Shown one piece after another: positions 26,510 to 41,559 of a stretch of 64,000 nucleotides of DNA. Positions within the stretch are counted from its first letter, which is position 1, and each line of letters starts with the position of its first letter. Origin of the DNA: Eledone cirrhosa. Its lineage: Eukaryota. Both the position numbers and the translations under genes were made by a program. Where the stretch lies: assembly GCA_964016885.1 (NCBI GenBank), contig OZ024752.1, positions 3,038,001 through 3,102,000 on the forward strand, in the 5' to 3' direction. Below the pieces are notes generated by a model. The model saw nothing but the letters and a program-made list of their open reading frames with translations, did no database searches and was not told the DNA's origin.

Positions 26510-27210
26510 GACTTAGAAGCTCCCACTTCTTGAGGCACATGAGGTAGCCACCAAACTGTTCCTATGGTCATAGCCATTTGCATTCAGCAATATATGGCTC
26601 TAACCTTTGGTGACGGATTTTAGGTCCCTGTCAATTGTCTGTCGCCAGATGACCAATACTGGACCTGTTTAGTATGTCTCTCACTAGTGAGTCGTGTAAC
26701 GTGCCCCACTAAGCCGAGGCTTGCACATGATGTTAGACACATCTTATTGGTGGGTTTGAAAGACGGATTACTTTGTTGGTGATGAAGTTGTTCTATCTTA
26801 TGCCAATGTTTTTACGGAGGAATCTTGTATCAAAAGTAACTAATTGGTTCTCTTTGCTCGTGTTCACACACGATGTTTCGCACTCGTACATTAGAATTGA
26901 AAGAACCTAGCTATTGAAATATCTCCTCTTGGTCCGAAGTGATAGATCTTGCTTTTCCAGACCTTGATGATTTGATTAAATCCATACGAAGCTTTGTCAA
27001 ATTCTACAATCAATTTCTTTCACCATGTCCCGACTTTTGCTGACAGAGATTCCGAGATAGTCGAAATCGTCCATAACATCCATATCCTCTTGATTGCTGT
27101 TGATGACGAAGGATGAACAACAACTAGCATGTTATTGGCCTTTTTGACACTGATGAGGAGACCGATGTCGTATGTAGATGGGGTTACCGCCTCATTCAGA
27201 TTCTGCATGG
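26510..27210 (-). mobile_element. Decayed RTE-type LINE 3' portion
   Basis: GC-richer block with fragmented, RT C-terminus-like reading frames; heavily degraded. Confidence 0.5.
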
Positions 27211-27289
27211 ATAATTTTACATTTAAATTATATGTAATATATATAATAGTGTTACTAACTTTACCATTTGTCAGACGAGTTTAAGAATC

Positions 27290-27805
27290 TAAAAATGAAG
27301 GAGAGGGCGTTTTCCTCTGTCGGGTGGCTATGGCAAAACAAGTAATATGGTGGACACGGTTAAAAGGACTGAGCGCAAACACCTTTCTCTCCAGGCCACA
27401 ACTCACCCCCTTCATTAAGTACCACTTCAGAAGAAAGGTGAGAGTGGAGAGAGAGAGGTGTTACACCACAGTAAATTCGCTGAAAAGTGGGTGAATGTGG
27501 CGAAAATGGCCCGACTGAATGTGCCTTCTCTGTATATAAATCTGTGGGTTGAGTAAGACAAACAGAGGGAAGACGGGAACACCTACAAAATGGGCTCCTG
27601 GGGTTGAGGGTTGTTCTATCCACGGGGTGTAAAACAACCCCCATTAACGCCCCACCCCCCCATCGGGGACTTACTTTGTTTGATTTTGTATATATTTTAT
27701 TGTTATCCATTATTATTGTTAAAGATGTTATGTAAACGGGACCCCCTCCCCTGTCACGTCTGGTAAGGTCCCATTTTTGGACGCCCCTGTGGCAAATAAA
27801 GAATT
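27290..27805 (+). mobile_element. L1/Tx1-like LINE 3' end
   Basis: VAMAKQVIWWTRLKGL..FIKYHFRRKVRVERER resembles an ORF2 C-terminus, followed by a 3' UTR ending in AATAAAG. Confidence 0.6.
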
Positions 27806-28262
27806 ATATCTTTACACATTAAATAAATCTGAATTTCTCAATAAATATATCTAGGGATTAGTTAACATCATGAAACTGAGCCATGTACTTATATATTGTA
27901 TTGCGTCGTAAACGTTATAGGAATATTTACAGAACCTTGTATTTCTAAAAGTCTCGCTAGTTAACGATTTTCTTCTTATTTTTCTTGTTACTGCTTATTT
28001 TTACACTTACTTGCATCACATTTTAATTATAATTGCCTCCGATGATTGTCTGTCTAGTCGGAAAAACAAATATTAACCGTTTCCTCATTTTCTCTTTTTA
28101 CCTTGGCATTTGGTTCTATTTAATTGGAGAAAGGACAGTTAATGGTGAAAAGAAGACGAGAGCACAACATGTTAGCTCACGTTATTTATTTGACTTAATT
28201 TTCGTGTCTCCCCACCAGTTTTAGAAGTATACTTTTTCTTTTTCGTAACACACACACTCATG

Positions 28263-28381
<119 letters not shown>

Positions 28382-28382
28382 G

Positions 28383-28455
<73 letters not shown>

Positions 28456-28468
28456 GTATATATCTATA

Positions 28469-28627
<159 letters not shown>

Positions 28628-28757
28628 ATATATATGTGTGGGTGCGCGCGCGTGTTTGTGTGTGGGTGTGTTGTTCTTTCCTTATCCCGTCTCCTATTGC
28701 ATTAATTCCCATCCATCATTGTTTGTTTACCAATGTTTTATTCATACAAAAAAACAT

Positions 28758-28788
<31 letters not shown>

Positions 28789-29083
28789 CCTCTCTCTATG
28801 TTTCTAATTCTCTCTCTCTCCCCCTCTCTCTCTATCTCTATATATATATATCTCTCCCTCAGTTCTTCAATTAAATTAACAAGCATTGATTATTTATTTC
28901 ATTTCCAAACATTAACTAGTAGTCACAACACCTATATAAAAGGAACTATGGCCTTTGCGTTCCTTTTAAAATATTTTCTTTCAATTTCCACACATATTTG
29001 AAGTTATATATTCTCTTTCAATTTACACACATCCCACATATCTTAAGTTTTATTTTCTCTTTCAATTTGTCGATTGTGTCTAG

Positions 29084-29455
29084 ACCTCTTGTAGTTATAG
29101 CTAAATTGGAGCAAATGTAGGGAGTGACTTCAATTACCACTGTGCAATTTGGTGACACCGTTGACAATATTAATTGTGACAAACAAAGTAAACGTCAATA
29201 GACGTTACGACAGAAAAAATCAGTGTAAATTAAATAATAACTCATTTGCAAAGTAGAAGCTGATTCATGCTAAAATTTCAATTATGAAGGTTGTCAACTC
29301 GTTTGTGAAAATTTCACTGGTCTGAGTGAGGACAACGTAATTGGACAAAAGTCAACATGAAGCAAATTCATGGTGCTGGATTCTGATGAGCTCCATTATT
29401 TGTGTGTAGCATATTATCTTTTCTCTTTAATTTAAACGGTGTTCTATTCTAATGG
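29084..29455 (+). pseudogene. Decayed Ig-like domain exon
   Basis: ANVGSDFNYHCAI (B-strand Cys) and LDSDELHYLCVA (DxxxYxC F-strand) between an AG and a GT; stops and frameshifts present. Confidence 0.4.
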
Positions 29456-29569
29456 GTAACAGTGTGTATATATGTGCGTGTGTGTGTATGTATTATGTAT
29501 GTTTGTGTGTTGAGTAGTTATGGTGTGAATGTGGGGTTAAGAGGGTCTTGGCTTGAGGTGGAAATAAAG

Positions 29570-29890
29570 TGAAGACGCGTGGCGTAGTGACTATATTGTT
29601 GGGCTCACGATGTACAAACGTAGGTTTGATCGGGCGGCGCGTAGCGTGCTTGAGCAAGATACACTATATCATATTATTACAGTTTATTCGGTTGGACGAA
29701 CATGTTTTAGCGTAATTCAAATAATGAGCTTTACTAAATATTGTGCCACACTTGTTGTCATTGCAAATTAATTTAAAAAGAAAATTGCCTCAAGAATGCT
29801 TACTCACTTGCTCGCTAAATTCACAAGTAGATTATTCCGTTGTTAGAATTAGAATGCTCCTCGTCCGAACCGACGGTGTTCGAACATTAG
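29570..29890 (+). mobile_element. Old tRNA-derived SINE
   Basis: GAAGACGCGTGGCGTAGTG head and GTGCTTGAGCAAGATACACT core-like segment. Confidence 0.5.
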
Positions 29891-31220
29891 TAGTAATATA
29901 AGTTTTATAAATAACATGATAAACTTGATCAGTACCAACTAATACAGTTTAGCAGTCAACGAATTTGACACCATTATTCAACGCATGCTTTATGTTAACG
30001 ATCGCGTAGAGATAAAAAGCTATGCTAGACTCATTAAGAATTGAATTGTGAAAATATAAGCCGGGAACAACTATGACGCTCTAACATATCTTTGTATTGA
30101 CCACGCTACAGTTAAACAGTGTCAATTTCTCTATCCAGCAATACATTACTTATTTCGAAATTTAGTTTGTTATATATCATATTATATTTTATATTTTGAT
30201 TACAAATTTTATCGTTACATTTATATGATTATCCACACATCTTCATTGTTATATTTATCAAAACGAAATATACATTTCGTTTTGATGATTTTATGACATA
30301 CTACTAAACAATTGACCTACTTACTTGGAAATGTCTTTCATCAATTCTTCGTTGTTTTATCATCAGTATCACACACAGTGTATATATGACTTAAACATTT
30401 ATGCAGTTATAGAGCATCCATTGAGACTCATATTACATATTAGAAAGAAAACATACAAATATAAATGAAAAAATGCGTAATCATCTTGACATATAATATT
30501 CTCTGATAATAAATATCGTTGATATTTGTATGGCGAGTTATTGATATCATGATTTCTATATTGATTACATATGGTGATAGCTGCAATTTATGATAAGATG
30601 ATCATCGAACATTATATAAGATTTGATGATTTGGCATATGTGTAAAAGTGATAACATAGCTACAAGAACTAGATTTCAAAAGGAAATATGTGTCATAAAT
30701 TTCCAGACACAAATGTTATGTTGTTGGGCAATTTTGCTTCTCATTCTGGATTGAAGTAAATTGAAAAAGGGTGCCCTGCTTGGAATAAAATATATTATAA
30801 GACTTTCTTTCGTATCATAGATCTGTCCAAACAATATTAACTAGAAACGAACTGCGTATTAGTCTAATACATGGGCTACTAACATAGGGAGGGGGGTAGC
30901 TTTCTAAATTCTGTTGTTTAACAATGTTTTACTCTGTCTATTAATGTATATGAAAATAATTGTTAGGCATTTTACAGTTTTTTTATTTCTTTGTAGATGA
31001 AAGATTTGTATGAATAATTGTTGATAATATCTATATTTTTAGACATATTCGACAGCGCCTGTATGTTTTTTTCCTGTTTTATAGAATATATATATTTGTA
31101 GAAGTTAGTTGATTGTGTTTCATATTTTCTCAAATAGTTAATAATATAGTTCAGATGCATTATAAATGGATATAAAAATATCTGCTTTCATATAAAATAG
31201 ATAATAGTAGGGTTTAGTTG

Positions 31221-31285
<65 letters not shown>

Positions 31286-31446
31286 TGTGTGTATATGTGT
31301 GGTTGTACGTATGCATATCTATATAAATACATAGAAAAGACTCCCATCAAGAAAATGCACACACAATTTTGCCAGCTGTTTTCCTATTGAATATGCAATA
31401 GGAAATTGAAAACATATTGGATAAGTGCTTCTATTTCGCATTGCAG

Positions 31447-31740
31447 CTGTCTTTATAAAAGGGGAAGTGAAAAAGCTGCAATCTAGGACGGCTACGCTAA
31501 TCCTCTCTAAGGTCAGAGAAGAAACAAATGTTGATCTTTAGTTTTCCTCTACAGCCTTTTATCTTGCCACTGACTTCATTTTTCTACTTTTAGACAGAAC
31601 GGACAAAAGAATCATTGAAGTGAGATAAAAGGGAATATGGAAGATCTTTTAGTTTTCTAGTTGAACTAAGATGGCTACCAGGTCAGATACTAAGGGACAC
31701 ATGGATATTTTTACTGGCTTTTATACATTTTTAATTTATC
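31447..31740 (+). pseudogene. Decayed Ig-like domain exon (294 nt, phase 1-1)
   Basis: TTGCAG|...|GTATGT. One frame reads ..KVREETNVDL*FSSTAFYLATDFIF.., resembling V.EG.NV.L.C.S.A.P...F.W, with four in-frame stops. Confidence 0.5.
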
Positions 31741-31959
31741 GTATGTCTCCTTTATTCAATCCTGGTAGGGACAGCTCATCCTTGCTGATCTTATTGAAAT
31801 AATCCATCTGCATAGCAAATATGCATGCAGCAAAATAACTTCTTTGACTTGAGCGATTTATGTGAGTGTGTAATTGCAATTATTTTGATCTCTACCAATG
31901 CATATATTTATGTATGTGAGTATATATTCATATACGCTCACTGTTACACACACAGCCCA

Positions 31960-32018
<59 letters not shown>

Positions 32019-32440
32019 GTATATATATATATGAATATATAGAGAGAGGGGAGAGAGATATATAGATAGAGAGAGAACGAGAGACAGAGAAAGCGAGAGA
32101 GAGAAAGTAGGAGAGAGGCAGCGTACTAAATAATGGCATTAGGCATGTGTATGTTTGAAGTAGTTTCGACAATATATTTCTCAAGACAAAACAGAACATA
32201 GTTGAACTGATACTAATAAACATATACATATTCAATGTCACAGTGGAGCCCCCACCCCACCCCACCCCATATATATATATATATAGTTTTCTACAAAAGC
32301 AATATAAGACAGTTTGAAACATAGGTGGAGAAGTTAAAACAGCTCAAGATACAGTAATTTACTATTATAAATAGTACAAAAGTCTGTTTCATATTCTTTC
32401 AAACAACCATGTGTACGAAATCCTATTGTGTTAAAAATGT

Positions 32441-32518
<78 letters not shown>

Positions 32519-32524
32519 ATATAT

Positions 32525-33365
32525 ATAACTGAACAAAAAAGAAAAACGAACACATATATATACATATAAGTGTTCAAATCGTAAGGGACCAGATTTGCTA
32601 AGGTGAAAAGAATACTAACTATAGACAATAGCGTTTGCCAGACTCAATTTAAGAATAAATCAAGAAAATAAATATAAACTAAAATTGTGGTAACTACCAA
32701 TCACCCGGACAGTTTTGATAATACTGTTTCGCAATATTAATTGTGAAGAGAAATATTAAATCCTTGCTCATCTGCAGCTGAAGAATTATTAGTATCCTGG
32801 TAGCCGTATAATATAAAAGAACAAAAAAGAAATATATGGCTTCGATATATTCGGCTCCGTTAATTGGTCGAGCTAATTCAAATGTCGAGTAAACCCGGCT
32901 GCTATTTTTAGTGGTGTGAGTCTGCGAGACTTGCTATGTTCTGATACCATGTGCGTTGATATATATACGCACACTATACAGTTGTTTAAGTTACTTAGAT
33001 GTGACCAGGATACTAATAATTCTTCACCCGCTGATGAGCAAGGATTTGGTATTCCCCTTCACACAATTAATATTGCGAAATAGTATTATCAAAACTGTCC
33101 GGGTGATTGGTAGTTACCACAATTCTGGTTTGTATTTATTTTCTTGATTTATTCTTAAATTGAGTCTGGCAAACCCTATTGTCTATAGTTAGTATTCTCT
33201 TCACCTTAGCGAATCTGGTCCCTTACGTTTTGAACACATATATATAGATCTCTGTGTTCGTTTTACTTTTTTGTTCATTTATATTATACGGTTCGGAAAA
33301 ATCTCTTTCCTAGAGCTAATTTATTGTAAGAGACTATTTTGAGTTTCTAACTCAATATATGCCTT
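32525..33365. mobile_element. Fold-back hammerhead element, family C (~270-bp inverted arms, ~200-bp spacer)
   Basis: ~32530-32801 is the inverted copy of ~33004-33280. Each arm carries a hammerhead motif, and the element is flanked by (TA)n. Confidence 0.85.
33024..33106 (+). ncRNA. Type I hammerhead ribozyme, intact core
   Basis: TCACCCG-CTGATGA-GCAA..TTGC-GAAA-TAGT..ACTG-TC-CGGGTGA: 7-bp stem I, stems II and III paired, GUC site at 33097-33099. Confidence 0.88.
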
Positions 33366-33422
<57 letters not shown>

Positions 33423-34860
33423 TAAAATATCGGAGGCCATATTCAGTTCATTCTGTTTCATTTAAAACTCCGTTATACATATTTTACTGAGGAGTATCAA
33501 TTATGATAGCCTGGGAAGTATAATATATAGAAGGAAATATCATATGTGTATATACAATAATCATGATAATAACCCCGATATGAAAGAAAATACTTTATCG
33601 CAAACAACATATATTTTTTTCTGTATTTTCTCTTTGATCACCTAACTGAGTATTAGTTAGTCGAGAATACCACTGGCATAATGGCATTATGCCAGGCGGC
33701 ATTGTTTAATTGTTGATCAGTAATATTCTCCATGGTACCGACATAGAGAATATATATGTTTGTGTGATTAACACTGCTGATTATGTTTATTTATAAATAG
33801 CAAATAGGAAACAACGGCTGGAAATGCTCATATGCATTTGTTTATAACTTGACATGTATGATTTAATTGGTAGTTGCATTTAAGCAGAATATGTTTGATT
33901 CGGATATAATATACTATATGTTTATATACAATACAAATATTGGTAACCTGACTATGCAAGAACGATAACTATTTCGTAAAGAACAACAATTGTTTCCTCT
34001 ATTTTTCTCTTTGAACCCGTCACCGAGTGACGGTATGGTTGAGAATACCAGACGACGCTGTTTAAAGATTAGATAGACTGAAAGTAGTAATATTTACTAA
34101 ACTGATATTAAGTGAAATATACTAGGGTGTCTATATAAATTTTGCTTGGTAAACATTTGTTTGAGATGCTGTATATTTTGTTCTTTTGCACCAGTTAGAC
34201 TAGTATTATATTACTATAATACTAAATAATTGTTTCTACTTTTGCCACAAGGCCAGCAATTACCCAGTGCATTACTGGAACTTTACTATAATACTATATA
34301 ATACAACGAGATTGGTTTCTTATTTAGAAATAACGTAATTATAGCAAGTCAAAGAGCTAATTAATCATCTATTTACATGCATATGTTTATATATTCATAC
34401 GTATGTTTAAGCAAAATGGAAGAAGAAACATATCCAAGTATAAAATCACAGTAACCAACTTCGCGTATGACCTTTTAGCATACTTCATTGTTGATTTGAT
34501 TCACTAACTTCCATGTCAATTAATCCATTGTCAATTTTCATTACTGCTCAAAATCTCTATCTGAAATATGCCAGTCAATATAAGAATAATTTTATTTATC
34601 AGTTAATTAGTGGACTGGTAAAAATTACTACGCACCACAGATAGAAGTACGTTGGTTTCGTTTCTTTGATATTATTTTTCTATTTAGCTATACCGGTAAT
34701 TTTATATATATATATATATATATATAAGTATTGAAATTTCCGTTGGAAACAGAAAAGGTCATAGAAATGAAGAGTGCTCTATGTAAGTATCAGAGCAAAA
34801 TTAATATATTGCCTCAATATTGCCTCAAAATTAATATATTGCCTCAAAATTAAGATATTG

Positions 34861-34930
34861 CCTCGTCTGACGAACGAAAGAAGTCTTTTATTTCGTATTC
34901 GCCTCATTCGAGAAACCTCTGGTAATGAGG
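34861..34930 (+). ncRNA. Hammerhead motif (family B relative) with an insertion before GAAA
   Basis: CCTCGT-CTGACGA-ACGAAA..TTTCGT-(insert)-GAAA-CCTCTGG-TA-ATGAGG within a ~230-bp island (34728-34960) in (TA)n. Confidence 0.65.
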
Positions 34931-35066
34931 TAATTATATTATATTGATTTTATACATTATATATATATATATATATATATATACGTTATTCCGGGTTGAA
35001 TCGGAGGTAACCACAGTAAGTAAGGTACTCAATACATAGCAGAGTATAAAAGTTTTAATATAGATG

Positions 35067-35117
35067 AGATTCTACAGGACTAGAACTGTTTCATTCATTA
35101 GAAATCATCAGGAATCT
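35067..35117 (-). ncRNA. Type I hammerhead ribozyme motif
   Basis: AGATTC-CTGATGA-TTTCTAATGAAT-GAAA-CAG..CTG-TA-GAATCT, near the end of a Penelope-like UTR fragment (~34984-35560). Confidence 0.8.
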
Positions 35118-35589
35118 GGGTATCAAAAAATAAAAATGGTATTTATAGGTCTCTACAAGTGGTGGGGGAGGGTGGGGAGTGGGATGGGTGCAGGTCATTG
35201 GTTGATAGAAAAGGGAATTCATTAAAAGCTAATTCTACAAAGCTATAGTTTATTTTTATTTATTTATGTTTTTAGAGTAACAAGGGCAGATAGAATTCTA
35301 TAAACAGGTTCCGGATGGCATACCATTCCTTGTCATTAAGTTTCTCTTAAGCTGACAGATGTCTATAAAATCAGTGGGGGGTCAGTCATGGTCGATAGAA
35401 TTAAAGAAAAGGGGGATTCTTTAAAAGCTAAAATCATTAAGGTTCTACCAAGTGACAAAGGTCTAGAGAATTCTGCAGACAGATTCAAAATACTAAGTGC
35501 ATATCTTACTATTATCTTCGAACTTCTCTTAAACTAATCAACTATATGCCAAAAATCAACAGACACATTCACAAAAAAACAAAAAAACA

Positions 35590-35703
35590 TACTCACTCAC
35601 ACACTTACGCGCAACCTTAAACACACACACAAACACATATACACACATAAAACACACACACACATATATAAAAATATATTCATATACATACATATACATA
35701 CAC

Positions 35704-35760
<57 letters not shown>

Positions 35761-35958
35761 TATATATATATATATACACACACATATATATATACACATA
35801 CACACACACATACACATACATACACACACACACAGATATATACACATATAAATACACTCACACACATACATACAAACACAAATATACATGTGTATACATA
35901 TACACACAAATACATATAGACATATATACATACATATACACGGACACATATACACACA

Positions 35959-36000
<42 letters not shown>

Positions 36001-36047
36001 CACACATACATACATACATACACAAATATATACACACACATACGTAT

Positions 36048-36090
<43 letters not shown>

Positions 36091-36287
36091 TACATACACA
36101 CACATATATATACATATACACACACATACACACAAACACACACACATATATATACATATACATATATATATATACTCTCATATATATAACCATATAGATA
36201 TATACATATATACACATACAAATATATATATATATATATACACATAAACAAATATATACACATACAAACACACACACACACATACAT

Positions 36288-36339
<52 letters not shown>

Positions 36340-36417
36340 ACACATATACACATATATAAGGAAAAAGCACCATACATACATATATATATATATATGTATA
36401 TACCTATATATATATAT

Positions 36418-36472
<55 letters not shown>

Positions 36473-36573
36473 TATACACACACCCATATATATACATATA
36501 TATATACACATATATATACACATATATACATATATATAAAAATATACACACATATACATACATACACACACAC

Positions 36574-36645
<72 letters not shown>

Positions 36646-36874
36646 AAACACACATACAAACATACATATACACATACATATATATAAACATACATATACA
36701 CATATATACACGTATGTATATACATATATATATATATATATATATTTACATATATATATATACACATATATATACATACATATATATATATATACACACA
36801 CACATACATATTATATATGCACATATACACACACATATACACACACACATATATACACATACACACACACATAC

Positions 36875-36911
<37 letters not shown>

Positions 36912-37013
36912 CATATACACACACACATATATATATATACACGCACACACATATATACACATATATATATACACACACACACACACACATACACATGCAT
37001 ATGTATAAATATT

Positions 37014-37063
<50 letters not shown>

Positions 37064-37145
37064 TATACAAACATACACATGCATACCCAGACCTATACAT
37101 AAATATACACATATATATACAGACATATAACGCATATATACACAC

Positions 37146-37190
<45 letters not shown>

Positions 37191-37260
37191 TATACACACA
37201 CGCGCATACACACATACACACACACACACACATAAATATATATACACACTCTCTCTCACG

Positions 37261-37298
<38 letters not shown>

Positions 37299-37383
37299 TA
37301 CATATATACATATATACATATACACATATATATATACACACATACATACACATACATATATATATATACATATATATATATGC

Positions 37384-37424
<41 letters not shown>

Positions 37425-37470
37425 CAAATACACACACACATATATATATACACACCTGCCCACACAACTA

Positions 37471-37529
<59 letters not shown>

Positions 37530-37547
37530 GCACACACATACACACAT

Positions 37548-37630
<83 letters not shown>

Positions 37631-37792
37631 CACATACATATACATACACATATATACATAAACATACATACATACACATACATACATACATACACATATA
37701 TACACATATATATATATATATACACATATATATACACATACATACATATACATACATAAATATACACACATAAAACACATATACACACAAAC

Positions 37793-37823
<31 letters not shown>

Positions 37824-37900
37824 TACATATACACACATACAAACAAATATATACACATACAAATAAATAGGTACTCAATAAATATACGCATATACGCAGG
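35590..37900. repeat. 2.3-kb compound (TA)/(CA) low-complexity tract
   Basis: Direct reading; source of the spurious 768-aa ORF. Confidence 0.95.
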
Positions 37901-37959
37901 CACATAAAGACACCTCTACAGGCAGAAAATGTAGATACGAAAGAGGTACTCACATAACC

Positions 37960-38103
37960 ATATTAATAATAACATTCCTCATAAGTCTCATAAGAGCAAG
38001 AATGAAGTGTTCATTCTACTGACATGGCTATACAATTGAGGCTTGTTTGCATAATTGCAAACGAATCGAATATTATTATTAATATTCGAAAAACTAAGAT
38101 TAC

Positions 38104-38201
<98 letters not shown>

Positions 38202-38345
38202 GTAATCTTAGTTTTTCGAATATTAATAATAATATTCGATTCGTTTGCAATTATGCAAACAAGCCTCAATTGTATAGCCATGTCAGTAGAATGAACACTT
38301 CATTCTTGCTCTTATGAGACTTATGAGGAATGTTATTATTAATAT
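37960..38345. repeat. Perfect 386-bp palindrome centred on (TA)n
   Basis: Identical ORFs on both strands (38011-38250 minus, 38055-38294 plus); ~146-bp unique arms. Confidence 0.95.
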
Positions 38346-38492
38346 TTGAAAAACTCAGATTACATTTATTGTATTCAGCCATGTAAAGCGAAATTTTGTT
38401 TTATATATATATATAAAGATATATATATTTTGTTTTCTACTATTCCGTTGCGTGTTCCAGCCGATAGGCTGAGGTCATGCTTGGGCACCCTC

Positions 38493-38573
<81 letters not shown>

Positions 38574-39337
38574 TGTGTGTGTGTATGTGTGTGTGTGTGA
38601 GTGTAATAATAAAAAAAGATATACCTATTATTTTTTTAGGAAAACAGGAACATTATCATACAAAAGCCATGCGTTTCTAATTAGTAATAGTATTAACTGG
38701 TTTCCGTATGAGTAGCTATAGAAAGTTTCAATGTAGTTTGTGCTGTCTTTTGTGTCGATGATTGTCGTCTACATATATCCTAATCAAGGAACATAATTGG
38801 TTATAGCCTTGTAGTGAATTGCGTTAAAAGAAAAGCGACCATGATTCATATATGAATGGTATTAACTATTATATCACAGGTGATGTACAACATGTCTAAT
38901 TCCGTGTTGAATTTAGGTATAAAGTATATTTCTTTATTCTTCCTTTTGACTCAAACGGATGTCCGTAGAGTATGAGAACCTAAGCATTTTAAACTACATT
39001 CTCTGTTTAATGTTTCAGAGTTTATCTCTCAAGTCGTTAATCATATGAAATATCATAAACCAAGACACAGATACTGACGAGGAAACGGAGATCATGCATG
39101 ATATTACAAGGGAGACGCTGCAAATTATCCCATATTTCAGTAGGTTTCTGTAAAGAAATTGTATGTTGGCTAACCCGGAATACATCTTGAAACGAACAGA
39201 CAAGATATTTCTATTGAACATACCTCCTTGAAAATGTTCTTCAAATACATCATAACAATTTTTTATTTTCCTTTAATAATATTGCAACAATCCCTGTGAA
39301 TCCAGGAATAACTGCATGCTGTGTTACTACTTCTAGA

Positions 39338-41031
39338 CATCTACACCTCAGATGTTATTGTCAACATGTTTGTTATCTCAGATATGATTAAATTTACTGA
39401 GGGATCTGAAATTAACAGATACATCCCTGTCTGAAAATATATCAATTCTAAGCCTATTTCAATTGACATAACTACAATCAAGGAGAGCACATAACTTGCG
39501 ATGACGTTATATATTGCGCAACAACGGGTTCTTGAAAGAACCTCCATCGATCGGATTTAGTTGACATTCCCCCAGATTATTCCAACATAAACTATAATTT
39601 CTATCCTTTAAGTTAAAAAATGTTAATCATGTAACATTATGAAGATAATGGATAATCTGGTAGTGAATTCATTCGTCAGATAATAGCACTCAGGAATCTG
39701 ATCAACAAATTCACAGCACGAATTATTTGCTAAATTATACACGAGGAAAATTCTATGCATTCTTTCAAGCGAGTAGAAATTGCTATCATGATACAAAGCA
39801 CATTTTGTGAGTGATACAATGGATAATGTGACTTTGAATGCACATAACCCCATAATCAACGGGCAAGTGGCTGAGCCTTCTGCAGATACGTTTACCGAAA
39901 CTTATTCATATTATAGGTACAGTTAATTTGCAAGGATAACACACTTTCTGCCTATTCGCATGCTCGCCGAATTCTTGGGATGACACGAGGTTATATTAAA
40001 TAAGACTTTCTCAATATGTAAAGCAATGGGGTAGGACCCGTCTCCTTATATTTGTGAAATGAATTTCTTACTCATTTGGCCATGTTTTGTCTTCAGGCAA
40101 TCAAGCTATGAAACTAGAAACATTACCGGAAGCTGTTTTGCACTGATTTACTTAATGTTGACCTGTTTCAGTAATTCCGAGAGTTGGATAGTTGGGATTT
40201 ATGCAGGGATGGTCGGACGAATTGAACCACAATATAGGCATCCAAATAAATGTGGTGGCTGTAACAGTTAATCTGATAGATGGCTGAGTCTATTTTGTCT
40301 TCGACGTTTCATTCACTGATGTTTTATTGACTCGAATCCTTTGTACAGGACACTTGGTGAAAATCGAAATATAGCTAGATAAATATAGTCACGAAGCGAG
40401 AATCTTATACCACAAAGGTATAACTCTACTAGCAAACTAATAGCGACAATGATATGTGTTGCCATTGTTGATTCCCAGCTATTTATCAGCTTATAAATAG
40501 GTATAAAAAGAAAAAACTAAAAGAAAACAAATGTATAGTTTGGTTATAGAATATCAAAACATTGTATTTCAAGTTATTTTATTGTCTCTTGATTTGATCT
40601 TTTTAGCAATAACCAATTCATTTCTATTGTATTTATTGGTAATTAGTAAACAACTCTGAAATAGGTTCTGGGTGAAAGAATATTAAATTTCTCTTATTCA
40701 TTAAATCATTCTGAATTTATTTCTACTAGAATTTCTACTACTTTTATTCAATATCCGCATTTCTATTCTATTTTCAGAACTTTATGATGCATAAAACCAA
40801 ATGGTAAGTAGTCTCATTTATATACTGATCTTTGGTCTTTTAACATTTTTCTTAATCCCAGAATTCCTTTGGCACACAGTCAATAACCAAATATAAGTCC
40901 TATAAATCGTATTGTTTTTTAGATATTTAAACGGCTTGAAATATGTTTAGTCTATTGTTCCTCGTTATTTTCAAAGAACTTATCCAAATAGAATACAAGG
41001 AACCGATTCTGTTTTCACGCCCTCGACACAC

Positions 41032-41075
<44 letters not shown>

Positions 41076-41559
41076 GCGTATGCGTGTGTGTGTTTGTGTG
41101 TGTATATATGTGTGTGTGTGCGCGCGCGCGCGTATGAAAGTGCGTCGCAAGAATGCGTAATTTGGTGTACGTTTGCGTATGAATCTCGGCGTTTTCTCTC
41201 AATTTTCAATCTCTGTTTCCCACAATCTAATTAGATTTCACTTGGTTGTACCATTTCCAATGATAGTAAAAGTAATTGTTCAGAATAAGTAGTCGTTTGG
41301 TTGGATTAACAGTAATTCGCTGTTGCTTCAGGCAGCGAGTCTCACACATTGGTTTCTGTTTTTAATCAAGAACATTTTGTTCATGGAAAGCTGTGTAGAA
41401 TATATTTATTTATTCGGAACTTCAGTACATATATGTAAATACGTTTTCCCTATTGCAACCAGTAAGATTATTGGTGTTTATTAGTTCTATTGTTTATGTT
41501 TTAGTTTCCTTTCTTGTTCAGTGTACTCATTCACATCAAATAGTTCTATATCAAATATG
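39338..41559 (+). pseudogene. Decayed Ig, FN3, TM and small cytoplasmic exons of a receptor pseudogene
   Basis: KFTEGSEIN..INSKPISIDIT (39338+); ESWIVGIYAGMVGRIEPQYR (FN3-like, ~40180-40240); LIATMICVAIVDSQLFISL*IGIKRK (TM-like plus basic, ~40437-40515); micro-exons 40778-40803 (TTTTCAG|..LYDA..|GTAAGT) and 41522-41559 (TTCAG|TGTAC..|GTAAGG). Confidence 0.45.

Noticed and set aside
35556-37862. 768-aa ORF and the many other YI/CV/HT-rich ORFs
   Set aside because: They are translations of (TA)n/(CA)n microsatellites, which lack stop codons by composition.
37973-38006. Possible hammerhead in the perfect palindrome arms
   Set aside because: CTCATAAG-TCTCATAAGAGC-AA only loosely resembles the core; GAAA and stem III are absent.
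39015-39859. Hydrophobic minus-strand ORFs as a GPCR or chemoreceptor
   Set aside because: No coherent 7TM motifs; the opposite strand fits decayed Ig-like exons better.
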